From: Hyaloraphidium curvatum SAG 235-1
Lineage: Eukaryota; Fungi; Monoblepharomycota
Assembly (NCBI GenBank): GCA_025558095.1
Contig: JAIVFI010000031.1
Span: 310,001-374,000 of the forward strand
DNA: 64,000 bases
Reading direction: 5' to 3'
Below are positions 1 through 11,622 of this stretch, piece after piece. Below the pieces are notes generated by a model. The model had not been told where the DNA came from. It did no database searches and was given only the letters and a program-made list of their open reading frames with translations. Numbering within the stretch: position 1 is the stretch's first letter; every line of letters starts with the position of its first letter. A program made the translations under genes and the position numbers.

Positions 1-514
<514 letters not shown>

Positions 515-540
515 ACCACATAGACCTGATCATTCGCGCC

Positions 541-1511
541 ATGGTTGTTGCCGTCGGACTCGGTGGTGACGCACGTCCCCTGCCATCCCTCCTCGACGAT
601 TCCCATCCTGGCCCGACTAGCGCCGAGATGCCTCTTGCTCCTGCTTCTCCTAGGTCTCTCCGTCCCGGGAAGCGACGCCAACACGGAGAAGATCCGCCTG
701 GCGGTCGGGGGACGTGACGAAACTCCGTGCTTCGCCGGAGACCCCGCCCTCGTCGGCCATAGCCAAATGTGGCCGCGGGCCCGCATCCTCGCCGCTCTGA
801 CAAGAGCGGAAGAGTGAGAAACACTTTGCGTCGGGTTCCACTGCCCGGACCGATGAGATTTCCTACTCAGATCGCCCAAGCCGGTCCTGCAACCTCCTTA
901 CACCCTCGCCCCCGGAAACGTCCTGAACGCGACCTGCTGCGGCCCGGGAGCATCGTGGGACGTCGATGTCTATTTCATTCGCGCGAATGAGGTCGGGACG
1001 GCGCACGAGCTGCGGATATCGTACCCCGCGACGGTGGGGCGGCTCCACTCCCGCTCTCGACTTGCCGGCCTGACTCCGGGACGCAGTTCCCGGCGGACTT
1101 TTACCAGGACGTCTTTACTGCGGGCTGTTTCGTGCGGTTCCTGGGCCGGGATGCGGGGTCGCTCGCGGCGCCGACGACGGGCGAGCTCCAGCTTGCCTCG
1201 CACGTGCAGCTCGTTGCAGCAAAGGCCACGGGCGTCGCCCTGCCGGACAAGCACCTTCCCACGCTCGTGCCCTATGATATGGGTGGGTGCTCCGTCGTTC
1301 GTCGGCTCGTGCGGGGAGCTAAACGCGGACGATCCGGGCAGTGCTCGACAGGCTCTACTTCGGGGCCGTGCCCCACTCTTCCCTCCGCCTGATCGCCTTC
1401 CTCGTCGCCCTCATCATCCTGTCCGCCAAGTTCGCCGTGCCTTGGGTCGCCGCACGCATCGAAGCCATCCTCGACGCCCCCGACGCCGGAAACCGCCCCA
1501 AAACAGATTGA
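541..1511 (+). CDS. Type I membrane protein, Pga1-like (GPI mannosyltransferase II co-activator); multi-exon
   Basis: Spliced model gives a signal peptide (CLLLLLLLGLSVPGSDA) then NTEKI, later HELRISYPAT, VPYDM|VLDRLYFGAVP and a C-terminal TM helix (LIAFLVALIILSAKFAVPW). Stop TGA at 1509-1511. Start model needs an intron ending at 620. Confidence 0.55.
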
Positions 1512-1694
1512 CTTGATGGCAGCTTTATTGAGCTTTTAGGAGAGTAAAGGCAATTGTTCGCAGCTCCTCCTCAATATCCCCTTCCCCCCCTCGTCCCCGC
1601 CCGCGCGGCCGCTCCTCAGCCCGCAGGGATGCCCCACAGCCCGCTCACCCCCCAACAATCAGCCAACCCGCCCCAACGCCACACGTCCGGATAT

Positions 1695-3362
1695 CTAGTG
1701 CGAGGAAGCACCCTTGAGCTCGGCGGCCTGCTCGGGGCCAATGACGAGTTTCGGGAGGCCGGCGTCTGCAAGCGCGGGGAGGGTCAGTCGGTGCCGGCGG
1801 AAGATGCACGCAGGGCAACGCACGGTAGTGGTGGTACTCGGGAGGCGAGGGCAGGTTCCACTCGAGGCCGACGGTGGCGAGGGTCTCGGGCTCACGAAGG
1901 TTGCCGTACCGGAACTTGGTGAAGAAGAGCGGGGGCATGCTGCAAACCGGCCGGGATGAGCGAAAATGCGGCCCACGGCCCGCGCGATAACCCACATCTG
2001 GGCCCAGTAGTCGTTGGCGAGGTGGTGGGTGTGGTCCCACGACGGCCGCGGGGCCTTCTCGAGCGCGACGAGGCGGTCGGGCACCTCGGCCGAAACCGGC
2101 CACGCGTCGCGGAACTCGACCGTCTCGACGGTCAGGCCCAGCTCGGCGGCGCGGTTGGCGATGCCGGCCTTGACCTTGGAGGCCAGGGCGGCGCGGTCCG
2201 ACTCGGAGAGGGGGGTGGCGACGCCGGCGACGGCCTCGGCCATGACCTTGGAGGCGTAGGTGACGAGCTCGAGCTCGCCGTCCATGGAGCCGCTGTTGTG
2301 GTGCGAGACCTGGACGAACTAGCGTGAGGAACCGTTCGAATGGGGCGTCGGGGTGCAACACACCTTGGACAGGTCGCTGTACTTGGCGTAGATGACGGCG
2401 TACGCGTCAACGTCGCCAGCTGGAAACGCGAAATGCACCGTCAACGCTGGAATGCGACGCATGCATGCACGGGAACCCACTCTTGCTCTTGGCCTTGCGC
2501 GACAGGACGCCGAGCGTGGTGCCGTGGACCGACTTGACCGCCTTCACCTTGTGGATGAAGGGCAGCAGGACGTTCCAGCCGGGACCGGCGACCTTGGAGA
2601 AGCGGCCGCCCGACTCGATGACCCACTGCTCGCTCGCGGGCACGATGTTGATGAACTGGGGGTGGCGGATACGTCAGCGCCCGAAATCGAGGGTTGCGAC
2701 GCGACGGGGCTGGCGGGATGCCGGCACCGTCCCGGGCAATAAAGGCGTCCAATGCAAAGGCCCGCAGGCGGATTCCGGGCTCCATCCGCGCTTTCCGGTG
2801 CGGATGGCGCCTCCTGGGCCCCGAACCGCGGTGGGTCGACGCGGCCTCCTCCGACCCGCATCCGCCCCGGCATCCCCTCCCGACGCATCCGCGTGATTGT
2901 CCGAGCCGGGACAGCCGATACTCACCCCGGGCGAGGGCTTCTTGCCGTAGTTTGTCGTCGACCAGAACACCCAGGTCTTTTCGCGCTCGGTGATGGCGCG
3001 GGCCTGTGCGACGGGGATGCCGTCGACGAAGGGCACAATGGGAGCCGAGCCGGCGTTCCAGGTCACCGGCTGCTCGACGACGGCGGACGACGACGAGCGG
3101 ATGGCAGCCGACGGGGCGCGGCGGGCCTGGGGAGCGGCGGCGTCAACAGCGAATCCGGGCTGCGGGCGGGGCGCCCTCCGCGTGCAAGCGAGGCGCGCTC
3201 GAGCTGCCAAGGCGGCCCCGCGGCGGGAGCAGCACTGTGCGCGCGGCATCCGGCGGCGGGCCGCGTGGCGCCACGCGGGTCGCGGCGCGCGGAGGGCGGT
3301 CGCGGCGCGGCGGCGGCGCGTACCTGGGCCGTGGCATTGCGGAGCAGGACGCGGGAAGCCAT
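1695..3362 (-). CDS. Mitochondrion-targeted divergent SPFH/band-7 protein with C-terminal Cox1-c motif; 7 exons
   Basis: Presequence-like MASRVLLRNATAQ|ARRAPSAAIRSSSS. SPFH segment FINIVPASEQWVIESGGRFSKVAGPGWNVLLPFIHKVKAV...ELGLTVETVEFRDAWP. Introns 1995-1940 and 1823-1766 give the C-terminus LEWNLPSPPEYHHYHAGLPKLVIGPEQAAELKGASSH*. Confidence 0.8.
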
Positions 3363-3569
3363 CGCACTCGGATTGCCCCGGCGAGGAGGACTGGGGAGGG
3401 AGAAACCGAGCTTGACTCACGCAGACGGCGCCTGGACGGGAGGCGCTAACCGGCGGGCGCCAAAAACCCGCGACTACCAAAACTCCTAACGCGATCGCTC
3501 CAACACACCCCCGCGACGCAAGCGCGTTTCCCGGGCCATCGGAAGGTCCTGCGGTCATCAGACTCCGCA
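3363..3569. promoter_or_regulatory. Probable bidirectional promoter between the two SPFH genes
   Basis: 207 bp separate the divergent start codons at 3362(-) and 3570(+). No individual elements were identified. Confidence 0.45.
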
Positions 3570-5139
3570 ATGGCCACGGCCGTGTCGCACGCCGTGATCG
3601 GCGGGCCCTCGGCCGCCGCGAGGCGGCTCGCACGGTCCCTCGCGGCCGCCGGCCACGCCGCCCTCCGGGAACGCGCGCTACCCGCGTCCTGTCCGCCCGG
3701 CACGCGGGCATTTTCCTCCTCGAACTCTGTGACCCAGTCATGGACGGGCTCCTCGGGCTTTGGCACCGCCACCGCCCGCCAATCGTGGGGCAGCAACTCT
3801 TCGGGCGGATCGCGGTCGGCGCGGCGCCTTCCTTCGAACCTGCCGATCAAATTCGTGCCGCAGCAGGAGGCTTGGGTGGTGGAGAGGATGGGTCGGTTCT
3901 CGAGGATCCTGGAGCCTGGCCTGTGAGCGGGACGCGTCGCCCGGGCCGGGGCGTCGCTGATCTCCGCCCGGATCGCGGATCGCCCGCTGCTGCCCAGTGC
4001 TATCCTCATTCCCGTCATTGATCGGGTACGCTACGTCAAGGTGCTGAAGGAAGTGGCGGTGGAGATCCCCAGCCAGAGCGTGGGTGGTCATCGGGCGAGT
4101 GTCGTTCGGCCTGCTGACTCTAGATCTCGTTGTGGTTCAGGCCATCACCCAGGACAACGTGACCTTGGATCTGGACGGCGTCTTGTACTACAAGGTCGTC
4201 GACCCGTACAAGGTTGGTCCGACCCCGCTACGGGGATCTGCCGCCGGCTGAATGACCCACCAGGCATCCTACGGCGTCGAGGACCACGAGTACGCGATCC
4301 AGCAGCTCGCGCAGACCACCATGCGCGCCGAAATCGGCCAGATGACGCTGGACCGGACGCTCGCGGAGCGCACGCAGCTCAACGAGAACATCGTCAACGC
4401 GATCAACCACGCCTCGGACAGCTGGGGGATCCGGTGCCTGCGATACGAGGTCGGCGCGGACCGCTGCGGTGGCGCCCGTGGTTTCTGACGCCTGCGCTTC
4501 CGTTTGCGGACAGATCCGCGACATCCACCCGCCCGAGAACGTGGTGAACGCCATGCACCAGCAAGTGTCGGCGGATCGGAAGAAGCGCGCGGAGATTGTG
4601 AGCGTCCCCCTTCTCCGCGCTGCGAATCGTCGGCTCACTTTCTTCCTTCCAGCTTGAATCGGAGGGCGCCCGGCAGGCGGCCATCAACGTCGCCGAGGGC
4701 AGGAAACGTGCGATCGTGCTCGAGTCGGAGGGTAACAAGGAGAAGCAGATCAACGCAGCGGCCGGTGGGATTGTCCGCAGCCCCCTCCGAGGTTTGCCGC
4801 TGACGCAAGAACACCCCAGGCGAGGCCGAAGCGATCCAGCTGCGCGCAGCCGCCACCGCGCAGTCCATCCTCCGCGTCGCCCAGGCCATCGCCGGCAACC
4901 CCGCGGGCCGCGACGCCGTGTCCCTCTCCGTGGCGGACAAATACGTCGAGAGCTTCTCGCAGCTGGCCAAGGAGAGCACGACGCTGATCCTGCCCGGGTC
5001 CAACGCTGGGCAGGTGGCGGGGGCCGTGGCAGAGGCGATGGCGGTGTTCGAGACGCTGGCGAACAAGAACGGGGCGAGGCCTGCGATCGTGGATGGTACG
5101 CTGCAGGTCGAGAAGCAGGCGACGAAGCCGGCGCAATAG
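3570..5139 (+). CDS. STOML2: Stomatin-like protein 2, mitochondrial (SPFH + band-7 C-terminal coiled coil); multi-exon
   Basis: IKFVPQQEAWVVERMGRFSRILEPGL, AITQDNVTLDLDGVLYYKV, ASYGVEDHEYAIQQLAQTTMRAEIG, IRDIHPP, AINVAEGRKRA, SLSVADKYVESFSQLAKEST; Arg/Ala-rich presequence. Confidence 0.93.
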
Positions 5140-5359
5140 ATTCCCTGCCAACTTCATGGAAAGCCACCTGTCCACAAGCGGCTGGCGGAACAAGGGCGGG
5201 CCGGAAACTGCTGAATGCAATTTCCTGATCGACATATGTACTTCCGCGCGCCAGTGAAGTTTACGCGACGGGGTCGTGCTGAGTTGGATGACTCGTCGGA
5301 CTGGTTGACGTCAGCGTTTCTGCAACCCTTCTCCCAACGCTCCCCCTTTCTCCCGCGCC

Positions 5360-6682
5360 ATGGCCCCCGTGCAGTTGCTTCTAGCGAGCTTAGTTGCCCT
5401 CTTTGCAGTCCTTCTCGCCGGTGTTCCCGTGTCTGCCGACTGGCTCGGGCTCCTCAAGGACGGCGCGGACCCACCCGAGGCGGCCAGCACCTGGGAAATC
5501 CCATCGCGCGTCGGCAAGCCTCTCCGCGGCTTCTTCCTTCCCGATGCAGCGGCCGACACCGCCCACGGCCCCGGCATCTCCCACCTGGAGCCCGATCGCG
5601 AGCTGCGTCCCCACGCCGCCGTCCCGCTCCTCTCCCACCCCGCAAGGAGGCAGCAGGGCTTGCAGACCCAGGCCGGGCCGAGATCTTGGGGACTGGACCG
5701 AGTGGACGGAAACGAGGATGGGCAATTCCGGTACATCGCGAGCGGAGGCAGCGGGATCACGGTCTACGTGCTCGACTCGGGAATCGCCAGCGAGCTGGAC
5801 GAGTTCGAGGGCCGCGCCACGAAGGGCCCCAACTTCTCCAACGACACGTCCACTACGGACAACGAGGGGCACGGGACGTTCACTGCAGCGATCATCGGGG
5901 GGAAAGAATACGGGGTGGCCAAGAAGGTCAAGATCGTGGGCGTCAAAGTGACGGCCAGCGAAGGCATCGGCCGCGTCAGCGACTTCGTTCGCGGATTGCT
6001 CTGGGTCCTCGATGAAACGAAGAACGGAACCGGCGATCCGAGCATAATCAGCCTGTCCATCGGGACGGTGAGTGAGAGTGACGTGTAGAGGCGTCCAAGG
6101 GGTTGAACGAAAGTCCAGGAGCAAAGCATGCTTCTCGATCAAGCGATGAACTACATCGTGGATCTCGGCATCCCCGTCGTAGCCTCGGCCGGCAACCAGG
6201 GCGAAGATGCATGCAACTGGTCGCCGGGCTCCGCGCTTGCCGTCCTCACAGTGGGCGCCACAAACCGCACGAACGAAGTCGCCACGTATTCCAACTTCGG
6301 GCCATGCGTCAAGATCTGGGCTCCCGGCAGCGACATCGTGTCCATCTTTCCCAACGGTACCGAAAGCGTCAGGACGGGAACATCCTTTTCCAGCCCCCAC
6401 GTCGCGGGAGTCGGTAGCCGTGCGGGCGACGGTCTTCGTGCGGCCTCGTAACATGCCATCCCGCAGGCGCTCGCTCTTTACTGGGGGGAACTGCTTGCGA
6501 ACCGTTCGACAAATGCAACGGGCCAAGATGCGATCAACGCCTTGGTACGTTGTACGTAAAACGAGCCGCAATCCGGTCAACTGATGCTCCCTTTTCAGGG
6601 CGAGGCCGCGACGCCCGGTGTCCTTGGCCTTGGCTTCTTTTCCCGCACTGCAGATCTCTTCGTCAAGACACCGAGCAACTGA
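5360..6682 (+). CDS. Secreted subtilisin-like serine protease (S8, proteinase K subfamily); multi-exon
   Basis: Signal peptide and degenerate propeptide, SWGLDRVD, catalytic triad VLDSG / GHGT / GTSFSSPHVAG, ASAGN oxyanion motif. Last exon ATPGVL...PSN* ends at 6682. Confidence 0.9.
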
Positions 6683-6737
6683 GCGGGAATTCCCAAGCAA
6701 AGCAATGTAATGAAGAGCACAAAATCAAGAGCGGAAT

Positions 6738-9700
6738 CTACAGATCCTGTTCCAAGACTGAGTTGTCATCATCGTCCGGCTCCAGAAGTCCGGACATACT
6801 CCCTTTGCTCGCCAACCCCGGAGCAAAGATGGCTGGTATGCTCATGCGCGCCCCCGCAGATTTGAGCGCGAAATTCGGGCCGTCTTCTTGCACACCGTAT
6901 GTCGACGGAGCCATTGAAATAGAGGGGTTCCGCTTCAGCGGCGAGGTCGGAGAGACAATCTTTATCTCGTCCACGGTCCTGGGAGCGGTCTTTGTCGGCG
7001 ACGCCGGCGTGGAGAATGCCGGCGGAGATATGTTCAACTGGACCAGCCCGAGGCTGGAATCCGAGCGCGGCTCGACGGAGCGTGAGCGTCTCCGTTGCTC
7101 CACCTCTACCTCTTCATCCGCCAACTCTGCGTCCAGTGTGGAAGCGGCACGTCCGAGCCCGTGGGAAGAATCGCGGGGAGGAAGCTCGACAGGGATCCGA
7201 ATCGTGGGCGAAGGCGCCCGGTTCATGGTGAGAGCGACTTGAGGAACGAGCGTCTCCGGGCGTGTTCCCTCCAGTCCAGCCTCTTCCACGTACGTCGGAT
7301 GGTCGCCGGCATCGCCAGCAACAGATTCGTGCGGCAAACGCACTAGCGAACGAGTGTCAGCCAGTGCACGTAGATGACACGACGGCTACTCACTGATTCC
7401 TTCAAGCACCAGCTGACGTTCTTCCGTGAGAGTTTCCCAACGGTAAACCACGCGAAGATCCGGTACATTCGTCTTGTGGATATCTGGGGCGTTCCGATCA
7501 ACGATGTCCTATCCAATGCCCGCATCGTCCTCACCATTTCCTGTTGGCCCTGGGATAGCGCAGTCGTCGCCCAACCAACGCTTCTTCATGCCCAGTTCCC
7601 AGCCGCTCTGCATCACTGAATTGCGAGCAATTTCGCACATATCTGACAAAGCACCTCACGATGAGCCAGGTCGGTTTTGGCCTGTTGTCCGGCCCACCGG
7701 TTGGAGATAGCTTCCAGATCTGGGCTGCGACGCTGTACTCTTCTATCAGCGGCTCCTTGGTGAAGTGAAACTGCAGAGGATCGTCCGTGGACAAGGAAAC
7801 GTTAAGGCCCCGCTGAAAGAACTGCAGGAACGGGTTCCGCTCGAACTCTGGATGCGACAGACAGGCAGTCAGTTTAGCAGAGTGGCGAATTTAAAGAGTC
7901 ACTCGCCGAGGAAGAGGGCATTGTTGGACAGTGGGCTCATGGCTATGCCGATTTGATCCAGGTAGTATCTGAATTGAAGTTGTCAGAGGGGCAGCAATGT
8001 AAAGCGCCCCTTTTCTCACGCACAGGTACTGAAGAGCGGGCACTTTCCGCAGAAGGATGCCGTGGCTGATGCTTTGGGAAGTGAGATATGCTGCTGCTAG
8101 GTGCTCTGTGTCGCCGGCTTCCCCCGCGTGGGGCCGGAACACGAAAGTGTCTGCAAGGGAACATGTCAGTCGTGATGACGGTGGCCACAGACATCCACCC
8201 ACTAAAGCCCCGCTGCTGCCGCCAATGGTTCAAAGACACCATGTTTGCGTACAGGAAGTACGCCCAGTAGCTGTACGGCGGGTTCGTCGCGAAGTTCCAC
8301 TGTTTGGGGAGCGGATACTTCCGCCAGATCCGCTTCTCCGGCTTGGATTCGTCGTCCACCGAATCGAAACCGATGACGTTCTGCAGAAAGACGTGCAGCT
8401 TGGGGTCCACGGAGGGATCCTTCGTAGCCGCGTAAAGAGGCTCGAAAACGTCTCGAAGGCTCGTTAGCAAAAGACTTTGATAACCCCCCTCGGTCACTCA
8501 CTTGCGATGACCTCTGCAAAGTCCTTGACCTGACCGCTTTCCTTGTACACGTTGTACAGGCGAGGGATCTGAATGAGCCAACGCACATTGGTTGAGAAGA
8601 GCTTGTTGTCGACAACCCAGGCCTGCAAGACGACAGATGTGAGCATAGCTAGCGGGCAATCCGGCGTCGGCACGTACGGCAAGCTTGCTCCACTCGGATT
8701 TGCTCCGACCGTAGATCGAAATCCTGTACTCCGCATGCTGGTACTTGGACGCCTCCAGGTCCTGAAAGACTTCCTTGGTGAGCTCTGCGAGGTACTTTCC
8801 CTTGATGAAGTTGTCCGTTTTCAGGAAAATCTCCCGCAAGCGCGATTCTCCGAGCGGGTTGTACTTGAGGTTGAACTTGTCAAAGCGGTGGAAAGAGTCC
8901 TTGTGCGCCTGCGACAGGGTCAGCTTCCACCAGGCGCTCACTGTCGACACCCACGTGCATGTCGAGCGTATCAATACTCAGATCGTACGCAGTTAGGTTC
9001 AGCGACTGGAAAACTTCGTTCAGGGTAAGGTGCTTGTTATCACGGAAAATGACGATCTCCTGTGCGTGGGGAACGTCTAGATGCTGAAGAGGCGCGGCGG
9101 TTTCGAAACCCACGTCGCCGCTCTTGCGGAGCTTGGACTTGATGAAGCGGAGGAGGTGCTTTTGATTCATGCAGCTAGAATGGTGGACGTGGGTGTCCAC
9201 CTTGCGGACATTGTAGAAGTCTCTGTGCGGCACTCGCTAACAAGCACCCGTTAGCGGCGAGGAGCGTTTGCGCGCGAGGCACACACACCTTGCTCGCGGC
9301 CATCTCCTGGTAATCGTTCAGGAGAGTGTACATCTGGAACTTGCTTTCCAGGTACCGCATGCGGCGGAAGGCAAAGCTCTTTGTCGGCCCATCCGAGATC
9401 ACTTCGAGGATGAAGTCCAGCTTGACGTAGTAGTCCTTGACGCTCGGCACGTGGAAGACGCATGAATCCTGGTCTCGAAGAAAGTCTGCGATGCAAATGG
9501 ATGGCAATAGTGACCCTCAAGTCGGACACCGCGAATCAAGAGCTCGAGCCGTACCTCCGTCGGATTCGAAAACCTTGTAGACTCCGTCGTCGCACATGGC
9601 GAACGTTTTCTTCCGAGAGAGTGTCAAGCAGTGCTTCCTGATCGTCCATAAATAACCTACGGTATCAGGCTCCGGTATCGAAACCTTGGACATGTCAAAC

Positions 9701-10176
9701 TCCGGCGGTGGCCGCCGTTCCAAGGTATCCAGCTTGACGTCCCCGGTTTCCGACTTGACATACGACGAAGGCGGGGGCGGCGGAAAGACATCCCAAGAGT
9801 CGCTGTCCTTGGGGTTGTCCCCAATCCGCTGGAGGGACCACGCCATGTAGTCCGCGCGGAGCTCCAGGCAACGCTTCAGCGAAGATAGGAGCGACTGGAG
9901 CTCGTCCGCCAGCGCACGCTCCGAAAAGCGAAAATTCCACCCCCCGGCCTGACTCTCATGACTGACGGGCGGAAGTGTCCCGGGGCCCCCGCGGTCGGCA
10001 ATCTGCTGCGCTTGAGAGAGCTTCGAAACTTCCGGTTGCGATGGCCGATGAAGCGTGTTCGTGAGGACTTTGCTGTCTATCTGCTGCAGCACGCGCTCGT
10101 TGTTCGTCCCATAGTAAGGATTCGACGCCCTTCTTGTCCGTGCGGCGCCAAAGGCAGTCCCATTGTCCGACGCCAT
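6738..10176 (-). CDS. AMD1: AMP deaminase; multi-exon
   Basis: [108 protein letters not shown]. 5' start not certain. Confidence 0.95.
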
Positions 10177-10400
10177 TTGGGTGCAGGACCCTGCACCAAG
10201 AGTCCGTCTCTGGCCTGCTGGCTCGGTAGAGAATCCGCCGGAAGAAGTTCGGAGTTCAAATGCTAACGATCTCGACGCGTCTCAAAGGTTGGACACGTTC
10301 GAACGCGCGACGGCGTCAGACGCCGGGGGTTCAAGAGCGGCGGGGTCTCGTGATCGGGGGACCAGTCAGCCGGGGACAGAAAAAATACCTAACATTCATA

Positions 10401-11532
10401 TCAAGCTGCAGATTTCTTCTCCCGTTTCCGCTCCATCTTTCTCTGTAGCTTCTTTAGATCCCGCGCGCTCATCTGATCCAACGACTTCGGTTCCTTCGGC
10501 TTCGCAGGAGCCGCGGCGGGCGCCTCATCGTCCCCACCATCCGGCCGCTCCGTCGGTCCAGTCGTTTCCGCAGCGATCGCCCCTCCCGAAGACTTTCTTT
10601 TCTTCTTCTTCTTCAAATCGCCGCCGTCGCGGAGGTGTCCCTCGAAGAGCGTGTCCCGATCGCCGTCCTCGTCAAGCTGTGCCGGTCCTTTGATCGAGAG
10701 CGGACCGTCCCCATCATTCGCGCCTTCTTCAGCTGGCGCCGGCTCCACTGGGCCAGGCCGATCGATCCGGGTCTTGGCAAGAGGCTCATAGAGGGGCGGC
10801 AATGGCACAACGTATGGGACGCTCGGCCGCGGTCGCGAGCCGACCACGCCATCGTCTCCTTCCATGTTCAGCTCCCCGGTAATGGTCATCATGTCGTTCG
10901 CGTGCATGAGACTGGAGCAAATGAGACCTCAAGCACTCCTCGGCAGCAAAGACAGTCACCTGTGAACCCGAAAGCGGATAACGGTGCCCTCCTCCACATC
11001 CTTTCCGGAGCTTCGCTCCTGCCAACACCGCCTCTGGTCGTCATACTCGTATCCTGACGAAGGAATATGGTCCACCGGAATCGACGCGTTGAAGATGTCG
11101 TGGACCAGGAGCCCGATGTGGCTCCGCGAAGTCTTGGTCACGGTACCAACTTGAAAACCGTGTCACCAAGGCAGTCGGGTCAAACCGTCTTCGAGCCTAC
11201 CTAAGGCGCTGCCCACAGCCGGCGAAAAGACAAGGAGAGTAAGGGAGACGTGAAAGTGGAAGTAGCCGTTGTCGTAAAACATGACGGCGTCGTTGGAGAC
11301 GGGTTTCAGGTCCGTGTACGACACCAAGATCCCGTCAACCTCCGGCAGATGCCTGGGCAAAGGTCAGGGGATCGCCTGGGAGAGCTGGGACGTCGAACCT
11401 CATGAGGTAGCGGCCGAGGAACGTGTGGGCTCCGTCGGCCGGCGATGCCAGGAAGACCGGCGGCAAATGGAGAAACCAGTCGGCCCGTATCCGCCGGAAC
11501 TGGCCATCGGAGCCGGATCTTCGCCGTTTCAT
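10401..11532 (-). CDS. RPA43: RNA polymerase I subunit RPA43 (SHS2 + OB, Lys-rich tail); multi-exon
   Basis: LHLPPVFL...YLMR|...GILVSY...YFHFHVSLTLLVFSPAVGS|...SHIGLLVHDIFNASIP...GTVIRFRV...MTITGEL, then a KKKKKRK tail. Confidence 0.85.
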
Positions 11533-11622
11533 GCCCTCGCGGTTTTGTGTTGAGTTGTTGACCGGAGGCCGGGCCCGATCGGCCTTCCAAACACCCCTCA
11601 AATCTGGTGACGGCGACCGGCC

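Noticed and set aside
2656-2925. Unusually long (270 nt) intron with a CCATCCGC/GCGGATGG hairpin as a possible snoRNA host
   Set aside because: No convincing C/D or H/ACA boxes were found, and short stems are expected by chance at this GC content.
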